From a virus (taxonomy: Duplodnaviria; Caudoviricetes): 41,092 nucleotides of DNA. The position numbers and the translations under genes are program-made. Shown in pieces: positions 1-9,377 of this stretch. Every line of letters starts with the position of its first letter. The stretch's first letter is position 1. The notes beneath the pieces were generated by a model. That model saw nothing but the letters and a program-made list of their open reading frames with translations. It was not told the DNA's origin and ran no database searches. The DNA is taken from positions 1-41,092 of IMG/VR virus record IMGVR_UViG_3300032250_000406; one strand, written 5' to 3'.

Positions 1-123
1 AAAGTTAAAGTAAACACAATCGAAACATTTAATGAACTGGAGAACCTATTATGAAAATTGAAACTATTACTGTTATGGAACGTAAAAATCTTGGCAATTA
101 TGAGCATATTGAAATCTCAGCTT
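1..123. repeat. Terminal direct repeat copy 1 (identical to 40970-41092); circular assembly overlap
   Basis: AAAGTTAAAGTAAACAC...GAAATCTCAGCTT is present at both ends and splits the 40151..41023 / 51..581 gene junction. Confidence 0.97.
35..44 (+). promoter_or_regulatory. AACTGGAGA extended RBS motif (candidate sRNA target) before ORF 51..581
   Basis: GAACTGGAGAACC; GGAG is 8 nt before ATG 51. Confidence 0.7.
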
Positions 124-581
124 CTGCCAAAGTAGAAGAGGGCGACGATGCTTATAGTTCTTTGCTTACTCTTAAGACGCTAGTACATGCTGCTCTTGAA
201 GGCAAAGCCTCTACTATGTCCTCTGTCCCTACTGCTAAAGTAGAAGAAGTGAAGCATGAAGTAATTGATGAAGTTACTGCTCCTGCAGTAAAAGAAAAGA
301 AACCTAAAGCTAAGAAAGAGAAAGTTGTTGAGCCAATTGTAGAGCCTGTAGAAATACCAGCTCCTGTTAAGACTGTGACTTATGATTCATCTATAGCAGA
401 ACATAAGTCTATCTTTGGCGGATACCTTAATAAGAAATATGAGAACTCATGGAAGACAAGTCACCCAGCAGACGAGATCAAATCGTTTACTGCGTCCCTC
501 AATGGCAAAGACTTTCTTGACAATGATGGCAAGATCGTCGAGTCGTTTCTTAACTTAGTGCACGGATTCTTCGGTGCTTAA
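51..581 (+). CDS. Hypothetical phage protein with K/E/P-rich central linker
   Basis: 176-aa ORF, GGAG RBS, ATG overlaps the stop of the upstream nuclease across the circular junction. Confidence 0.85.
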   Translation: MKIETITVMERKNLGNYEHIEISASAKVEEGDDAYSSLLTLKTLVHAALEGKASTMSSVPTAKVEEVKHEVIDEVTAPAVKEKKPKAKKEKVVEPIVEPVEIPAPVKTVTYDSSIAEHKSIFGGYLNKKYENSWKTSHPADEIKSFTASLNGKDFLDNDGKIVESFLNLVHGFFGA

Positions 582-1806
582 GTCCAAACTCCTTCCTCAT
601 CAGGAGCAGACAGTTAGTCTGCTCCTCTCTAAAAAATGTATAGGCGACTTTAGTACCATGGGTACAGGTAAAAGTCTATCGGCACTTGCAGCTATCATAC
701 AAACTAAAGAGAAGGCAGTAATTGTCTGTCCTCCTTTTCTCGTGGAGAATTGGCTAAATGAAATCCAAAAGCATACGACTCTTAAAGGCAGTCCACACTT
801 CCTTAAATATTCCGCTGACTCTGATATTTTCGTTGTTCCTTATACCCAGCTTGATAAGTCTGAGGATATCTTTAAAAATGTTAAATTTTTTGTCGCAGAT
901 GAGTCCCAATACCTCAAAAACTTGGAGGCAAAGCGTACACAGAGATTTCATTATTTATTCTATAAATACACACCTAAATACTTCATGTCGCTTTCAGGAA
1001 CTCCTCTTAAGAATAGAATCCCAGAAGTCTATGGAATGCTACTTCTCTGGGATAAGTTTGGATTAAAGCCAGCTATTACTGAGAAGTACAAATCGTTTTA
1101 TACTTTCTGTTGTCGCTTTACCAATGTCGTCCAAGGCAAGTATGGAATGTCTTACGGAGGGATGAAAAATGTTGACGAGCTTAGAACGTATATTAAGCCT
1201 AATTCCATTAAGCACGAAGCATCGGTACTGGATCTACCAGAGCTTAATGAATCTAGCGTTGTCGTATCATATAAAGACTCTCCAGAACTTCATAAAGCTT
1301 TCTCGGAATTCTCAGGGTCAAAGTTCTCAGCAGAAATTACAGTCAAAGTTGAATCGGCAGCTTCAAAAGCAGTATTTACTTCTAACTATGTTTCAGAAGC
1401 TATTGACGCAGGAGAAGGCCCGGTTGTCGTCTTTTCAGACCACAGAAAACCAATTGGAATAATGGAGCTGGAATTATCCAAGCTCAGAGTAAGGAGCATC
1501 ACGGGAGAAGTACCTATGACCAAAAGAAACGAGTATGTTGATATGTTTAACAACAATCAGCTAGATGTACTTTTATGTACTTTTGGTGCCGCCTCTACGG
1601 GCATCAATCTTACTGCTAGTAATCTTATGGTACTTAATGACCTTCCCTGGGAAGTTGCTGCCCTTGAGCAGGCAAAGAAAAGATCTCACAGAATAGGTCA
1701 AAAAAGACCATGTCGTATTGTGCACGTAATTGGATCCTCAGTGGATGATCTTATATTAAAAACACTAGAAGCTAAAATGAAAGTAATCTCGGAGGTAATG
1801 CGTTGA
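574..1806 (+). CDS. SNF2/superfamily 2 DNA helicase
   Basis: Q motif PHQ, motif I MGTGKS, motif II ADESQ, motif III LSGTP, motif V GINLT, motif VI QAKKRSHRIGQ; GTG start. Confidence 0.93.
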   Translation: MLKSKLLPHQEQTVSLLLSKKCIGDFSTMGTGKSLSALAAIIQTKEKAVIVCPPFLVENWLNEIQKHTTLKGSPHFLKYSADSDIFVVPYTQLDKSEDIFKNVKFFVADESQYLKNLEAKRTQRFHYLFYKYTPKYFMSLSGTPLKNRIPEVYGMLLLWDKFGLKPAITEKYKSFYTFCCRFTNVVQGKYGMSYGGMKNVDELRTYIKPNSIKHEASVLDLPELNESSVVVSYKDSPELHKAFSEFSGSKFSAEITVKVESAASKAVFTSNYVSEAIDAGEGPVVVFSDHRKPIGIMELELSKLRVRSITGEVPMTKRNEYVDMFNNNQLDVLLCTFGAASTGINLTASNLMVLNDLPWEVAALEQAKKRSHRIGQKRPCRIVHVIGSSVDDLILKTLEAKMKVISEVMR

Positions 1807-2090
1807 AAAAGGGAAGACTTCAATGTAAAGATATTTCAGATGAAGCTATTTTAAGATTTCTATACAGTCATGACAATGGAGATGGATGGTGTAATTGGTT
1901 TGAACCGAAGTTTCCAAATTCTGTTATGAATGCTGTAGACTACGACATCATCAGTCCCCGGTTAATGTTAAACAAGATGAGGCAGATGATAAAGAAAGGA
2001 CTAGTAGAAGGTTGCACTTGTGGATGTAGAGGGGATTTTTATCTTACCTTAAAAGGGAAAGAACATATTAAAAATATTTTGGAGGTATAG
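1803..2090 (+). CDS. Hypothetical protein, possible winged-helix with GCTCGCRGDF Cys motif
   Basis: TTG start overlapping the helicase stop; ...MIKKGLVEGCTCGCRGDFYLTLKG resembles a wHTH wing. Confidence 0.75.
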   Translation: MKKGRLQCKDISDEAILRFLYSHDNGDGWCNWFEPKFPNSVMNAVDYDIISPRLMLNKMRQMIKKGLVEGCTCGCRGDFYLTLKGKEHIKNILEV

Positions 2091-2091
2091 T

Positions 2092-2355
2092 GTGACTGAG
2101 CAAGAAATGGCAGCAGAAATGGAAAAACCAATCTATGTAGCAATGCATGGATTGAATTGGTTCTTGGTATTATCTTTGTTTGAGAGAGTGCTAGACATGG
2201 ATGACGTTTTCTCTACTGAGCAAGATAGAGAAGCTTGTCGTGCAATCTTTAAAACTGTGCATAATCAAGCATTCAATAAAGAAGATAAGACTTTGGCAGA
2301 CATCCTGACTATTAAGCCTAAGAAGTTAATCACTAAACCTGATCTCATTGTCTGA
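2092..2355 (+). CDS. Hypothetical protein; last gene of rightward arm
   Basis: GGAGG RBS, GTG start, 87 aa. Confidence 0.8.
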   Translation: MTEQEMAAEMEKPIYVAMHGLNWFLVLSLFERVLDMDDVFSTEQDREACRAIFKTVHNQAFNKEDKTLADILTIKPKKLITKPDLIV

Positions 2356-2583
2356 TCCGTATGGGTCTAATATTACCTCTGTATCGTAACAATACGTGCA
2401 GAGGTATAAATTATCCCATGAGTAATGCTCTCCATTGTCCATGCCATAATCTTCCTCAGGCTCTTCATGTTTATAGGATATATCTAATGGTTCTTCATAT
2501 TTTCCATAGATTATATCCAATAAAACGTCTGCCTTAGCTGGCAGGAGGTAGATCATCATTATCAATATAAGGATCGACTTCAT
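2326..2583 (-). CDS. Small acidic secreted protein (signal peptide)
   Basis: MKSILILIMMIYLLPAKA has an AxA cleavage-like site; GAGGGG RBS; CxxC near the C-terminus. Confidence 0.65.
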   Translation of the reverse strand: MKSILILIMMIYLLPAKADVLLDIIYGKYEEPLDISYKHEEPEEDYGMDNGEHYSWDNLYLCTYCYDTEVILDPYGSDNEIRFSD

Positions 2584-2791
2584 GCCCCTCCAATTTTATT
2601 CTGTCTCTGTTGGAATGAACCCATCGGTCATAGCAAAGCTTAGTTTGATAGTTATTCACTCCTTGCTCTCTTAGACGATAAAAGAATATGGCCCTAGCGT
2701 AATTTATCTTTTCCTGAAGTTTGTAATTTGCACGTAATTGATCATCTGGGCAATCTAACCAAGAATTAAGGTAGATCACCTTCCCATTCAT
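2534..2791 (-). CDS. Hypothetical protein
   Basis: 85 aa, ATGA overlap with upstream gene. Confidence 0.65.
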   Translation of the reverse strand: MNGKVIYLNSWLDCPDDQLRANYKLQEKINYARAIFFYRLREQGVNNYQTKLCYDRWVHSNRDRIKLEGHEVDPYIDNDDLPPAS

Positions 2792-3090
2792 TTTTTAGTC
2801 TCATCGTACTGATGAAGGAACATTCCCATCATATCTACAAATGGCTCATTAGAATTTAGGTCTGGGAGGTTTAATAAGATGAGCATATAGTGAACTCTTT
2901 CATGAGCAAGACTGTGGCGGATAACATCTTCCGCTAGTTTCGTTCCGTTCATATGGGTGGCAATATGAAACTCAAGGGTCATTGGATTGCAGTTACCAAA
3001 GATCTCGGCACCTGTTTCGTGGCATCGTACTGTTCTGACGTATTTTACCTTAATAGTGTGGCCGCCGAGTTTGAATGATTTTATTCTCAT
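2788..3090 (-). CDS. Small HExxH zinc metallopeptidase-like protein (minigluzincin/ImmA-IrrE-like)
   Basis: RHSLAHERVH followed by a downstream NE; ATGA-coupled to the phosphoesterase. Confidence 0.75.
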   Translation of the reverse strand: MRIKSFKLGGHTIKVKYVRTVRCHETGAEIFGNCNPMTLEFHIATHMNGTKLAEDVIRHSLAHERVHYMLILLNLPDLNSNEPFVDMMGMFLHQYDETKK

Positions 3091-3797
3091 ACAATCTTCC
3101 TTATCCAGCGTCCCTCTTTATTCAGGATCATTGGCAATAATTTTGGTTGTCCGTCTAGGATTATTCCTACACCGATTAAAGGTCGTTTTAACTGAAGCTT
3201 ATTGTAGGCAAATGCCATAGACTTATCGTCTATGAGACATCCCACTACCATCGACCAAAAGATGTCCTTTTGATTCGCAAAATACTTAATCTCAAATACG
3301 CTGTGGTGATGTCCTTGTACGCTGTTACAAGACATGGACTGGGATAGCTTTAAGCCATCCGAACTCTTGCCGTGGGTAAAGTAACAATCTCTTCCATCGG
3401 ACAATGTAATTGTAAGATCCGAGTGCCATCGCCAAGTCTTCGGTGCTTCCAGAACATCCCGATAGTCCTTAAGGATATGTCGAGGTATGCCATGATGTTT
3501 CCCCCTTCTGTATGCCATACTTCCATGATTCGATTCCAAGATGTCTGCCTTAGGGAACAATTCGTACAGGGGTTTTAAGTGTTCGATAGTCTTCTCCAAT
3601 TCTGAAGAAGGACTAAAAGGCAAATCTGGATCGGTATCATGGAAGGATAGGCAATGGTAATCGGCTTCGTCTCCTGTGAGTATCACTCGATCTGGATTAA
3701 AGAACTCTTTAATAGCGGAAAGGAATGGGATGGTGTCCTGATGGTAGTAAGGAGAGTGAAGGTCTGAAATGACGAGGACTCTAGAGTTTTTAGCCAT
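3087..3797 (-). CDS. Calcineurin-like metallophosphoesterase
   Basis: Motifs ISDLH, TGDEAD, SNH, THG and GHHH in canonical order. Confidence 0.92.
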   Translation of the reverse strand: MAKNSRVLVISDLHSPYYHQDTIPFLSAIKEFFNPDRVILTGDEADYHCLSFHDTDPDLPFSPSSELEKTIEHLKPLYELFPKADILESNHGSMAYRRGKHHGIPRHILKDYRDVLEAPKTWRWHSDLTITLSDGRDCYFTHGKSSDGLKLSQSMSCNSVQGHHHSVFEIKYFANQKDIFWSMVVGCLIDDKSMAFAYNKLQLKRPLIGVGIILDGQPKLLPMILNKEGRWIRKIV

Positions 3798-3811
3798 ACC
3801 CTAAAAGCATA

Positions 3812-3961
3812 CTAGATCTTGGGAATTTTACCACCGAGTTTCACGATCAAAGCTTCATAAATTTTAGTTAGTCTAGTATTTCCGTCTGCTTTAGCTTGTA
3901 AATATTGCTGTGTCCAGTGTTCTATTTGTTGTTTTACTGTAAGGCAGACTTTTGGCTTCAA
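3812..3961 (-). CDS. Small hypothetical protein (49 aa, MKPKVCLTVKQQIEHW...GGKIPKI), not in ORF track
   Basis: Read manually; TTG start overlaps the TGA of the upstream lipoprotein gene and fills the gap. Confidence 0.6.
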   Translation of the reverse strand: MKPKVCLTVKQQIEHWTQQYLQAKADGNTRLTKIYEALIVKLGGKIPKI

Positions 3962-4230
3962 GGCTTTACTCTGGCTTTTAATACAAACTCTCCATCCAAA
4001 AGTTGCTTCATTATCACTTTATCAGAAAATGGATAATAGTCACAAACTTGTTTCCACTTAGACCAACAAATTCCTAGAGAGTATTTTTTGCAAACTTGTC
4101 CGCAGTAAACAAATCTATCTAAAGACTCGTCAATCCTTAACGTCCGTTCGCTTAGGGGCTTGGATAAAAGATTGGCATAAGATGCGCAACTGTAGCTCGA
4201 TAAAATCAAGATTAACATCAGACCTTTCAT
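3958..4230 (-). CDS. Lipoprotein, possible o-spanin-like lysis component
   Basis: From Met at 4230: MKGLMLILILSSYSC lipobox-like; Cys-rich; overlaps 4130..4363 in another frame. Confidence 0.6.
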   Translation of the reverse strand: MKGLMLILILSSYSCASYANLLSKPLSERTLRIDESLDRFVYCGQVCKKYSLGICWSKWKQVCDYYPFSDKVIMKQLLDGEFVLKARVKP

Positions 4231-4363
4231 TAAGAGGTTTGTTATATTCCTCATACCATTCCTTCTTTAACTTGATCATTTTGTCGATATATCTGGTAGC
4301 TTCCTTGGAATTCCAAAGTTTGAGACCTTGCTCTAGAATCCCAAGGATAAGCTTTACATCCAT
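4130..4363 (-). CDS. Hypothetical helical protein in putative lysis cluster
   Basis: 77 aa, amphipathic N-terminus and charged helical body; overlapped by the lipoprotein gene. Confidence 0.7.
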   Translation of the reverse strand: MDVKLILGILEQGLKLWNSKEATRYIDKMIKLKKEWYEEYNKPLNERSDVNLDFIELQLRILCQSFIQAPKRTDVKD

Positions 4364-4364
4364 G

Positions 4365-4628
4365 TTACGCTTCTTCTACTTCTTTAAGTTTAGAATGGAT
4401 CTTTTGGATAAGAGATACGATTTCAGCAACGTCGATATCTTTTCCTTCTTCTACGGCTTTTCCAAGATCTTTCATAGATAGGATGATGTCGTCAATCTTA
4501 GGCAAAAAAGCCACAAGATGAGCGATGTCTTGGATATCTACTTTCTTATCAGCAGAGATCTTTTTGATAAGAATAGCCACTTCTTTAAGTGAATCTGCAA
4601 TAGCTTCAATTTTTTCTGTACCGAGCAT
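4365..4628 (-). CDS. Hypothetical amphipathic helical protein
   Basis: 87 aa, strong AAGGAGG RBS. Confidence 0.85.
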   Translation of the reverse strand: MLGTEKIEAIADSLKEVAILIKKISADKKVDIQDIAHLVAFLPKIDDIILSMKDLGKAVEEGKDIDVAEIVSLIQKIHSKLKEVEEA

Positions 4629-4648
4629 ATTCCCTCCTTGGGATTAAA

Positions 4649-4795
4649 TTATTCTACTTCTTTGGCTTCTTCTTTTAAAGTACCAAACTCATAAGCTGAT
4701 GCAGCCATTTGCCATTTTGACTCGTCATTGACATCCATCTTTACGATTGCGACTACTTCGTTTGTTTTTGAGTTATAAATTTGTCTTTCCCACAT
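4649..4795 (-). CDS. Small protein (48 aa, MWERQIYNSK...EAKEVE), possible fibre partner/chaperone; not in ORF track
   Basis: Read manually; ATG immediately after the stop of the Gly-rich fibre gene. Confidence 0.65.
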   Translation of the reverse strand: MWERQIYNSKTNEVVAIVKMDVNDESKWQMAASAYEFGTLKEEAKEVE

Positions 4796-4796
4796 A

Positions 4797-6146
4797 TTAT
4801 GAAATCCCTAGTTGATGAGTTGTTGCTACTGCGCCAGCTCCACCTGTTTGTCCCACGTTAGGAACCTTAGCTACTGGTGCTATTTTGGTTAACATTGTCA
4901 CAATTCCGGTTTCGATATTTACCAGTGTTGCTTGACCGCCGCCACCAGACCCTCCGCCTTCGCCTCCAAGAGTCCCGGGCTGCGAAGTTCCACCATTGCC
5001 ACCATTTCCGCCAGACACGTCAATAAATGTCGAATAGGAACCAATTAAATTTTTATATGCGCAAAAGCAGTATCCACCACCGCCACCTGCTCCACCTCCG
5101 CCGCCGCCGCCACCTGCACCGGCTACGTTTGCGCCGTTACCAGCGGGACCGCCACGCGCTGACAAAATTATTCCAGAAGCAGAACTAACGTCAATTGTTC
5201 GTGCCGAAAGCCAGATAATAGCACCGCCACCGCCGCCACCGCCGCCACCACCACCGATGTTACTACCACCACCGCCACCAGACCCACCCTGGGCACCTAC
5301 ACCACCGTTGATATACGCACTATTTCTAAAGAAAAAATCAGCGTACCGATTATTAATTATACTATTCGCAGCCGATATTGTGGACGAAGCAGCACTTACG
5401 CCCCCCGCTGTTGTTGTACCTGCTCCTCCATTTCCAGATGAGCCGGGGTCGCCGCCCAAGTTTCCGGTGTTTCCCGTGTTGGTTACAGCATTCCCGCCGG
5501 GACTTGCCCCACTTCCACCTGCCCCGCCATTTTGACTTCCCGTGCTTCCGCCAAACCAAGCAGTATTTAACCCACCTGCGCCACCACCACCAGCTCCACT
5601 AGTTGCACTTCCTCCGGCATTTCCGTTTCTGTAAATTTTACCGCTAGTAAATGAACCCGAGGGTGTAAAAACTTCGGCAACAAATATTCGATAACCTGCC
5701 GTTTGAATATTTCCCACACCAGAAATTGTTAAATTGTTGTAATACATATCTCTGACAAGAGTTACGTTTCCCGTAATTGTAACATCACCATCAAATCCAC
5801 CCCCGAAATACTCAGAGTTTTCTGCGTTAAATCTAGTAACTACAGCTTGAGTGGTCGGATATTTAGTGTTGTCAGGAGAGCTTAAGTTAGTGGCTTTGTT
5901 AGCTACGTTTTCTTTTAAAGCAAGAGCATCGAATACTGCATTTTGAGACGGAGCTACAGTAGTGACTCCATCTGTAATAGCATCTGCTACCTTGGCATCA
6001 ATAGCTGTTTGAGTGGCAGTAGATACAGGCAAAGTCCCAATAGTTATCTTTTTATTTGTAGTTCCTACGGAATCTACTATAGGCAAAGTATCCGCATTTA
6101 CTGGGGTTGCTTTTGAGGGTAATGCACTAATTTTGGTATCGGCCAT
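4797..6146 (-). CDS. Glycine-rich tail fibre/adhesin
   Basis: Fibre-type N-terminus (KISALP..., KENVANK...YPTTQAV), then GGGFDG and long poly-Gly tracts typical of polyglycine-II adhesin domains. Confidence 0.8.
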   Translation of the reverse strand: MADTKISALPSKATPVNADTLPIVDSVGTTNKKITIGTLPVSTATQTAIDAKVADAITDGVTTVAPSQNAVFDALALKENVANKATNLSSPDNTKYPTTQAVVTRFNAENSEYFGGGFDGDVTITGNVTLVRDMYYNNLTISGVGNIQTAGYRIFVAEVFTPSGSFTSGKIYRNGNAGGSATSGAGGGGAGGLNTAWFGGSTGSQNGGAGGSGASPGGNAVTNTGNTGNLGGDPGSSGNGGAGTTTAGGVSAASSTISAANSIINNRYADFFFRNSAYINGGVGAQGGSGGGGGSNIGGGGGGGGGGGAIIWLSARTIDVSSASGIILSARGGPAGNGANVAGAGGGGGGGGAGGGGGYCFCAYKNLIGSYSTFIDVSGGNGGNGGTSQPGTLGGEGGGSGGGGQATLVNIETGIVTMLTKIAPVAKVPNVGQTGGAGAVATTHQLGIS

Positions 6147-6159
6147 ATAAGTAATTCCT

Positions 6160-6378
6160 TTATTCTAATATAATTTTATCGCCAGATTCTAGCAATAGGT
6201 AGCTACCATCTTCCATTAACAAAAAATTACCGGCTGGCCCTGATGGCCCATAGTCAATAATATATGTAGCATTGTTTTTTGTCTTCTTTACTATGTTAAT
6301 AGTATTCCCTGCAGTAATCAAAGAGCTGATTACTCCGCATACTTTTTCAGGATCTCCCACAATAGTAAGAATACTCAT
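6160..6378 (-). CDS. Small virion/tail-associated protein
   Basis: C-terminal FLLMEDGSYLLLESGDKIILE fibre-anchor-like motif; N-terminal unit paralogous to 6375..6653. Confidence 0.75.
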   Translation of the reverse strand: MSILTIVGDPEKVCGVISSLITAGNTINIVKKTKNNATYIIDYGPSGPAGNFLLMEDGSYLLLESGDKIILE

Positions 6379-6653
6379 GAGTAAGCCACCACATAATGAG
6401 AGGCAGAGAACGTAGGAATTATTAGATCTATGGTAGCTCCTCCTGATACTAGAGCAGTTAGGTCGGCAGCTAGTTTATCGGGATCTCCTGCAATAACTAC
6501 AAAAGTCTGAGAAGCTACTGTGGTATCTTCAATAACAAGAAATTTCCCTGCCGAGGTTGTCTTTTCTACAATGCTAACTCCAGAAGATAAGGCAGCTAAT
6601 GCTGTAGCTAAAGTATTAGGATCTGCTTGTATTACAGTGCAAGTTTGAGCCAT
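6375..6653 (-). CDS. Small virion protein with internal duplication
   Basis: Two ~45-aa units (VIQADPNTL / VIAGDPDKL). Confidence 0.75.
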   Translation of the reverse strand: MAQTCTVIQADPNTLATALAALSSGVSIVEKTTSAGKFLVIEDTTVASQTFVVIAGDPDKLAADLTALVSGGATIDLIIPTFSASHYVVAYS

Positions 6654-6790
6654 TATTTTTTCCTTTTCTTAGATCTTCCTGCAACGGATAATGCAATGGC
6701 AATTGCTTGCTTTTGCTTTTTTCCTTCACTCATAAGTGTAGATATATTTTGGCTAACTGTCTTGTCAGATTTACCTTTTTTGAGTGGCAT
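6653..6790 (-). CDS. Small basic protein [17 protein letters not shown]...[18 protein letters not shown] (45 aa); not in ORF track
   Basis: Read manually; TAATG-coupled on both sides; resembles the widespread phage MPLKKG...QAIAIA small-protein type. Confidence 0.85.
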   Translation of the reverse strand: MPLKKGKSDKTVSQNISTLMSEGKKQKQAIAIALSVAGRSKKRKK

Positions 6791-7401
6791 TATTTCTTCC
6801 CCTTAGCTTGCATTTTTCTAATATACTCTTGATACCTTGGATCTGGAATAGATCTTTCGTCGGATACTCCAAGTTCTTCAACACCACCCGGAATAGCTAA
6901 GTCTGTAGCAGCTCCTGCTAAGTCTGAGTATCCTGCAGCACCCAATCCAATAGCTATAGGAGCCAAGCCCGGAACCACTTTCATAGTCTTTTTTTGTAAA
7001 TAACTAAAAGCATCTGTAGCGTTTTTTGCCCTAGCCCCAGAAATATTAGGAATTTTTTCAAACCCTAATTGCTGAATTATTTTATCTACTGCGTTTATTT
7101 TTCCTTTGTGGTGTCTAGGCAGATCTGGAACATCTAATTTTTTTTGAAGTTCTCTTAATCTAACTACTTCTTCGTATGCTTTTTTTGTTTTTAAATCTTC
7201 AGCTTCCATAGCCTTCATAGCTATATCAATATCAGGATTATCTACTTTATTTATTCTAGCCAACATATCATCTACTACAGCTCTTTTATACTCTTGAGAA
7301 GGAAGAAGTTCTTTTGGAAGAGTCCTTCTTCCTTTAAGATATTCTGAAGAAGGTTGACTAGCTTCTGGATATGGCGATTTTTTCTTTTTAAAATCTTCCA
7401 T
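6790..7401 (-). CDS. Hypothetical, probable internal virion protein
   Basis: 203 aa with a Gly/Ala hydrophobic C-terminal segment; TAATG-coupled in the ejection cluster. Confidence 0.7.
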   Translation of the reverse strand: MEDFKKKKSPYPEASQPSSEYLKGRRTLPKELLPSQEYKRAVVDDMLARINKVDNPDIDIAMKAMEAEDLKTKKAYEEVVRLRELQKKLDVPDLPRHHKGKINAVDKIIQQLGFEKIPNISGARAKNATDAFSYLQKKTMKVVPGLAPIAIGLGAAGYSDLAGAATDLAIPGGVEELGVSDERSIPDPRYQEYIRKMQAKGKK

Positions 7402-9377
7402 TATAGCCCCTCTGGCACTTCGCCGGATTTGTTAATCTTGTTGATCATTCTAGCTCTTTCGATAGAGTTTAAATCATCTCTTCTAGATACTTCATCAGCG
7501 GCTTTGGCTCTATCGTTAGGATTTATAAATTTCCCGTCGAATACATTATACTTAGATCTTTGGAATAGTGTGGGAAATTCATTAATGATTAAAGGGATTG
7601 CATTTTCCAATGCTTCAGGGTCTTCGTTCAATGCATGAGAAAAGGTATCTACCATTTCATCAGGAACTCCATTCTGAACTAACTTAGCTAAGATGATATC
7701 TTTGTTTTCTAATATAGATTTAGTATCTCTAGGTATTCTATATCCTACAACATCTCTAGGAGAGAACCCAATACTCTGAGGCATTCTTCCTTCAGTTTGC
7801 TGAGGAACTCCTTTGTCTTTTATCAGAGCTTCTACTGGAGTTCTTTTTAATACTCCAGAACCAAACTGACCTGCTTTTGTATCTAGGAATTTAGAAACGT
7901 CAGATCTAGCGATGTCTGCAAACGTAGGGCTTAATAGGCTTTCTTTTAGCCACTGACCCCATCCTCTTATGTCCATCATTCCAGATCCAGTATCTACATA
8001 ACTGCTATCAATCTTTCTATCGATAACTTTTTTGACTCTGATTAAGTCATGCATCATATCGTTGTTCTTTTTATATTCAGAACCACCGACATTTTTATTA
8101 TCTAGGATTTCGTCAAAAGCCCTACGAATTTTCATAGCACCTTGTTTATCAATACCTAAGTCAATAGCTCTCTTATCAAAAGCAGGACTTTTTAAATAAT
8201 TATCTAGTCTTTTCTTTGCCATTTCTACTTCTGCTGCTGGGAGGTTCATACCATCTCCAGATCCGTAGAATTTGACATCTTTAAAAATAACTTTTTTAAG
8301 GTCTTGGGAAAGTTCGTATTTTGCCTCAGCATTATGTCCAGAAGGATCAAAAGTAAAATCTTGGATGGCTCCTTCTACTTTACCTTTTACGTCCATCAAG
8401 TTAACTTTTTTGCTTTTTAGCAGTTCATTATTTCTTGATTTAAGAGAACTTATTGCGTTTGAAGCCGTATTGGCTAAATCGTCCAATGATTGAGGTTTTA
8501 GAAAACCTTCGAGGCTGGTCTTAGTTCTTGCAAATTTCTTAGTAGCAGGATTAAGAAGTTTCTCGCCTTGTTTGAAAAATCCTACTTTATCCAAATTATT
8601 GATCGAACGTATAATAGATGCATCAGTACCTATTTCTTCAGGCTGGTCTTCCGAAAGTTCTTTAAATAGTCTCCACTCATCTGTATCGCCGTACTTCCCA
8701 AATTTCTCTATAGTTTCTGGAGCATTCTTTGGTTTAATGTCAGCAGCCTTTACTCCAATGCTTTTAGACAAGATTTTATTTGGGTCGTCAGCAAACATCT
8801 TTCTTGCTACTGTCCCTAGCCCTTCCATTCCAGCTTGGAAACCTCCAGACAATGCTGCGTATGATGGAGCTTCTTCCATAGTAGGAGCTTCGCCTACTCC
8901 TTGAGCTATTGCCGTGCCTATTTCTTTAGCAGTTCTAGCTCCTTTAGTGGCTCCCATAAAAGGAATTATTGCTGAAGTAACTGTAGAACCAGTGGCTTCT
9001 GCTAATGGTGCCATCAAAGGGTATTCTTTTTCAATATCTGCAAGCTCTTGTCTGTATATATCTCTTTGAGTTACGTATTCTGGAGAGCTTAAAGACCCGG
9101 TCTTTATTCCTGCAACAGCTTCTTCTCCAAAACCTAAAGCAGCTCCTTGACCAAACTTTTTAGCTAACTTGGCAGCTTCTTGTTGAAGTTCTAAATTAGG
9201 AAGAGTTTCTGGTTGGTCGAATGGCTCAGGAGGAGTATACTCATCTCCCATATCAGAAACAAATTCTTCCTCAGAAGATACAGGCATGGCATCGTCTGCG
9301 ACAAATCCCATGTCCTCATCTGCTACGAATCCAAAATCTTCTTCTTCTTGAGCTGGGGTTCTTTTTGCCTTTGCCAT
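7401..9377 (-). CDS. Probable DNA ejection/internal virion protein
   Basis: 658 aa helical; acidic N-terminus, QGAALGFGEE and Gly/Ala membrane-seeking segments; podovirus synteny. Confidence 0.7.
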   Translation of the reverse strand: MAKAKRTPAQEEEDFGFVADEDMGFVADDAMPVSSEEEFVSDMGDEYTPPEPFDQPETLPNLELQQEAAKLAKKFGQGAALGFGEEAVAGIKTGSLSSPEYVTQRDIYRQELADIEKEYPLMAPLAEATGSTVTSAIIPFMGATKGARTAKEIGTAIAQGVGEAPTMEEAPSYAALSGGFQAGMEGLGTVARKMFADDPNKILSKSIGVKAADIKPKNAPETIEKFGKYGDTDEWRLFKELSEDQPEEIGTDASIIRSINNLDKVGFFKQGEKLLNPATKKFARTKTSLEGFLKPQSLDDLANTASNAISSLKSRNNELLKSKKVNLMDVKGKVEGAIQDFTFDPSGHNAEAKYELSQDLKKVIFKDVKFYGSGDGMNLPAAEVEMAKKRLDNYLKSPAFDKRAIDLGIDKQGAMKIRRAFDEILDNKNVGGSEYKKNNDMMHDLIRVKKVIDRKIDSSYVDTGSGMMDIRGWGQWLKESLLSPTFADIARSDVSKFLDTKAGQFGSGVLKRTPVEALIKDKGVPQQTEGRMPQSIGFSPRDVVGYRIPRDTKSILENKDIILAKLVQNGVPDEMVDTFSHALNEDPEALENAIPLIINEFPTLFQRSKYNVFDGKFINPNDRAKAADEVSRRDDLNSIERARMINKINKSGEVPEGL

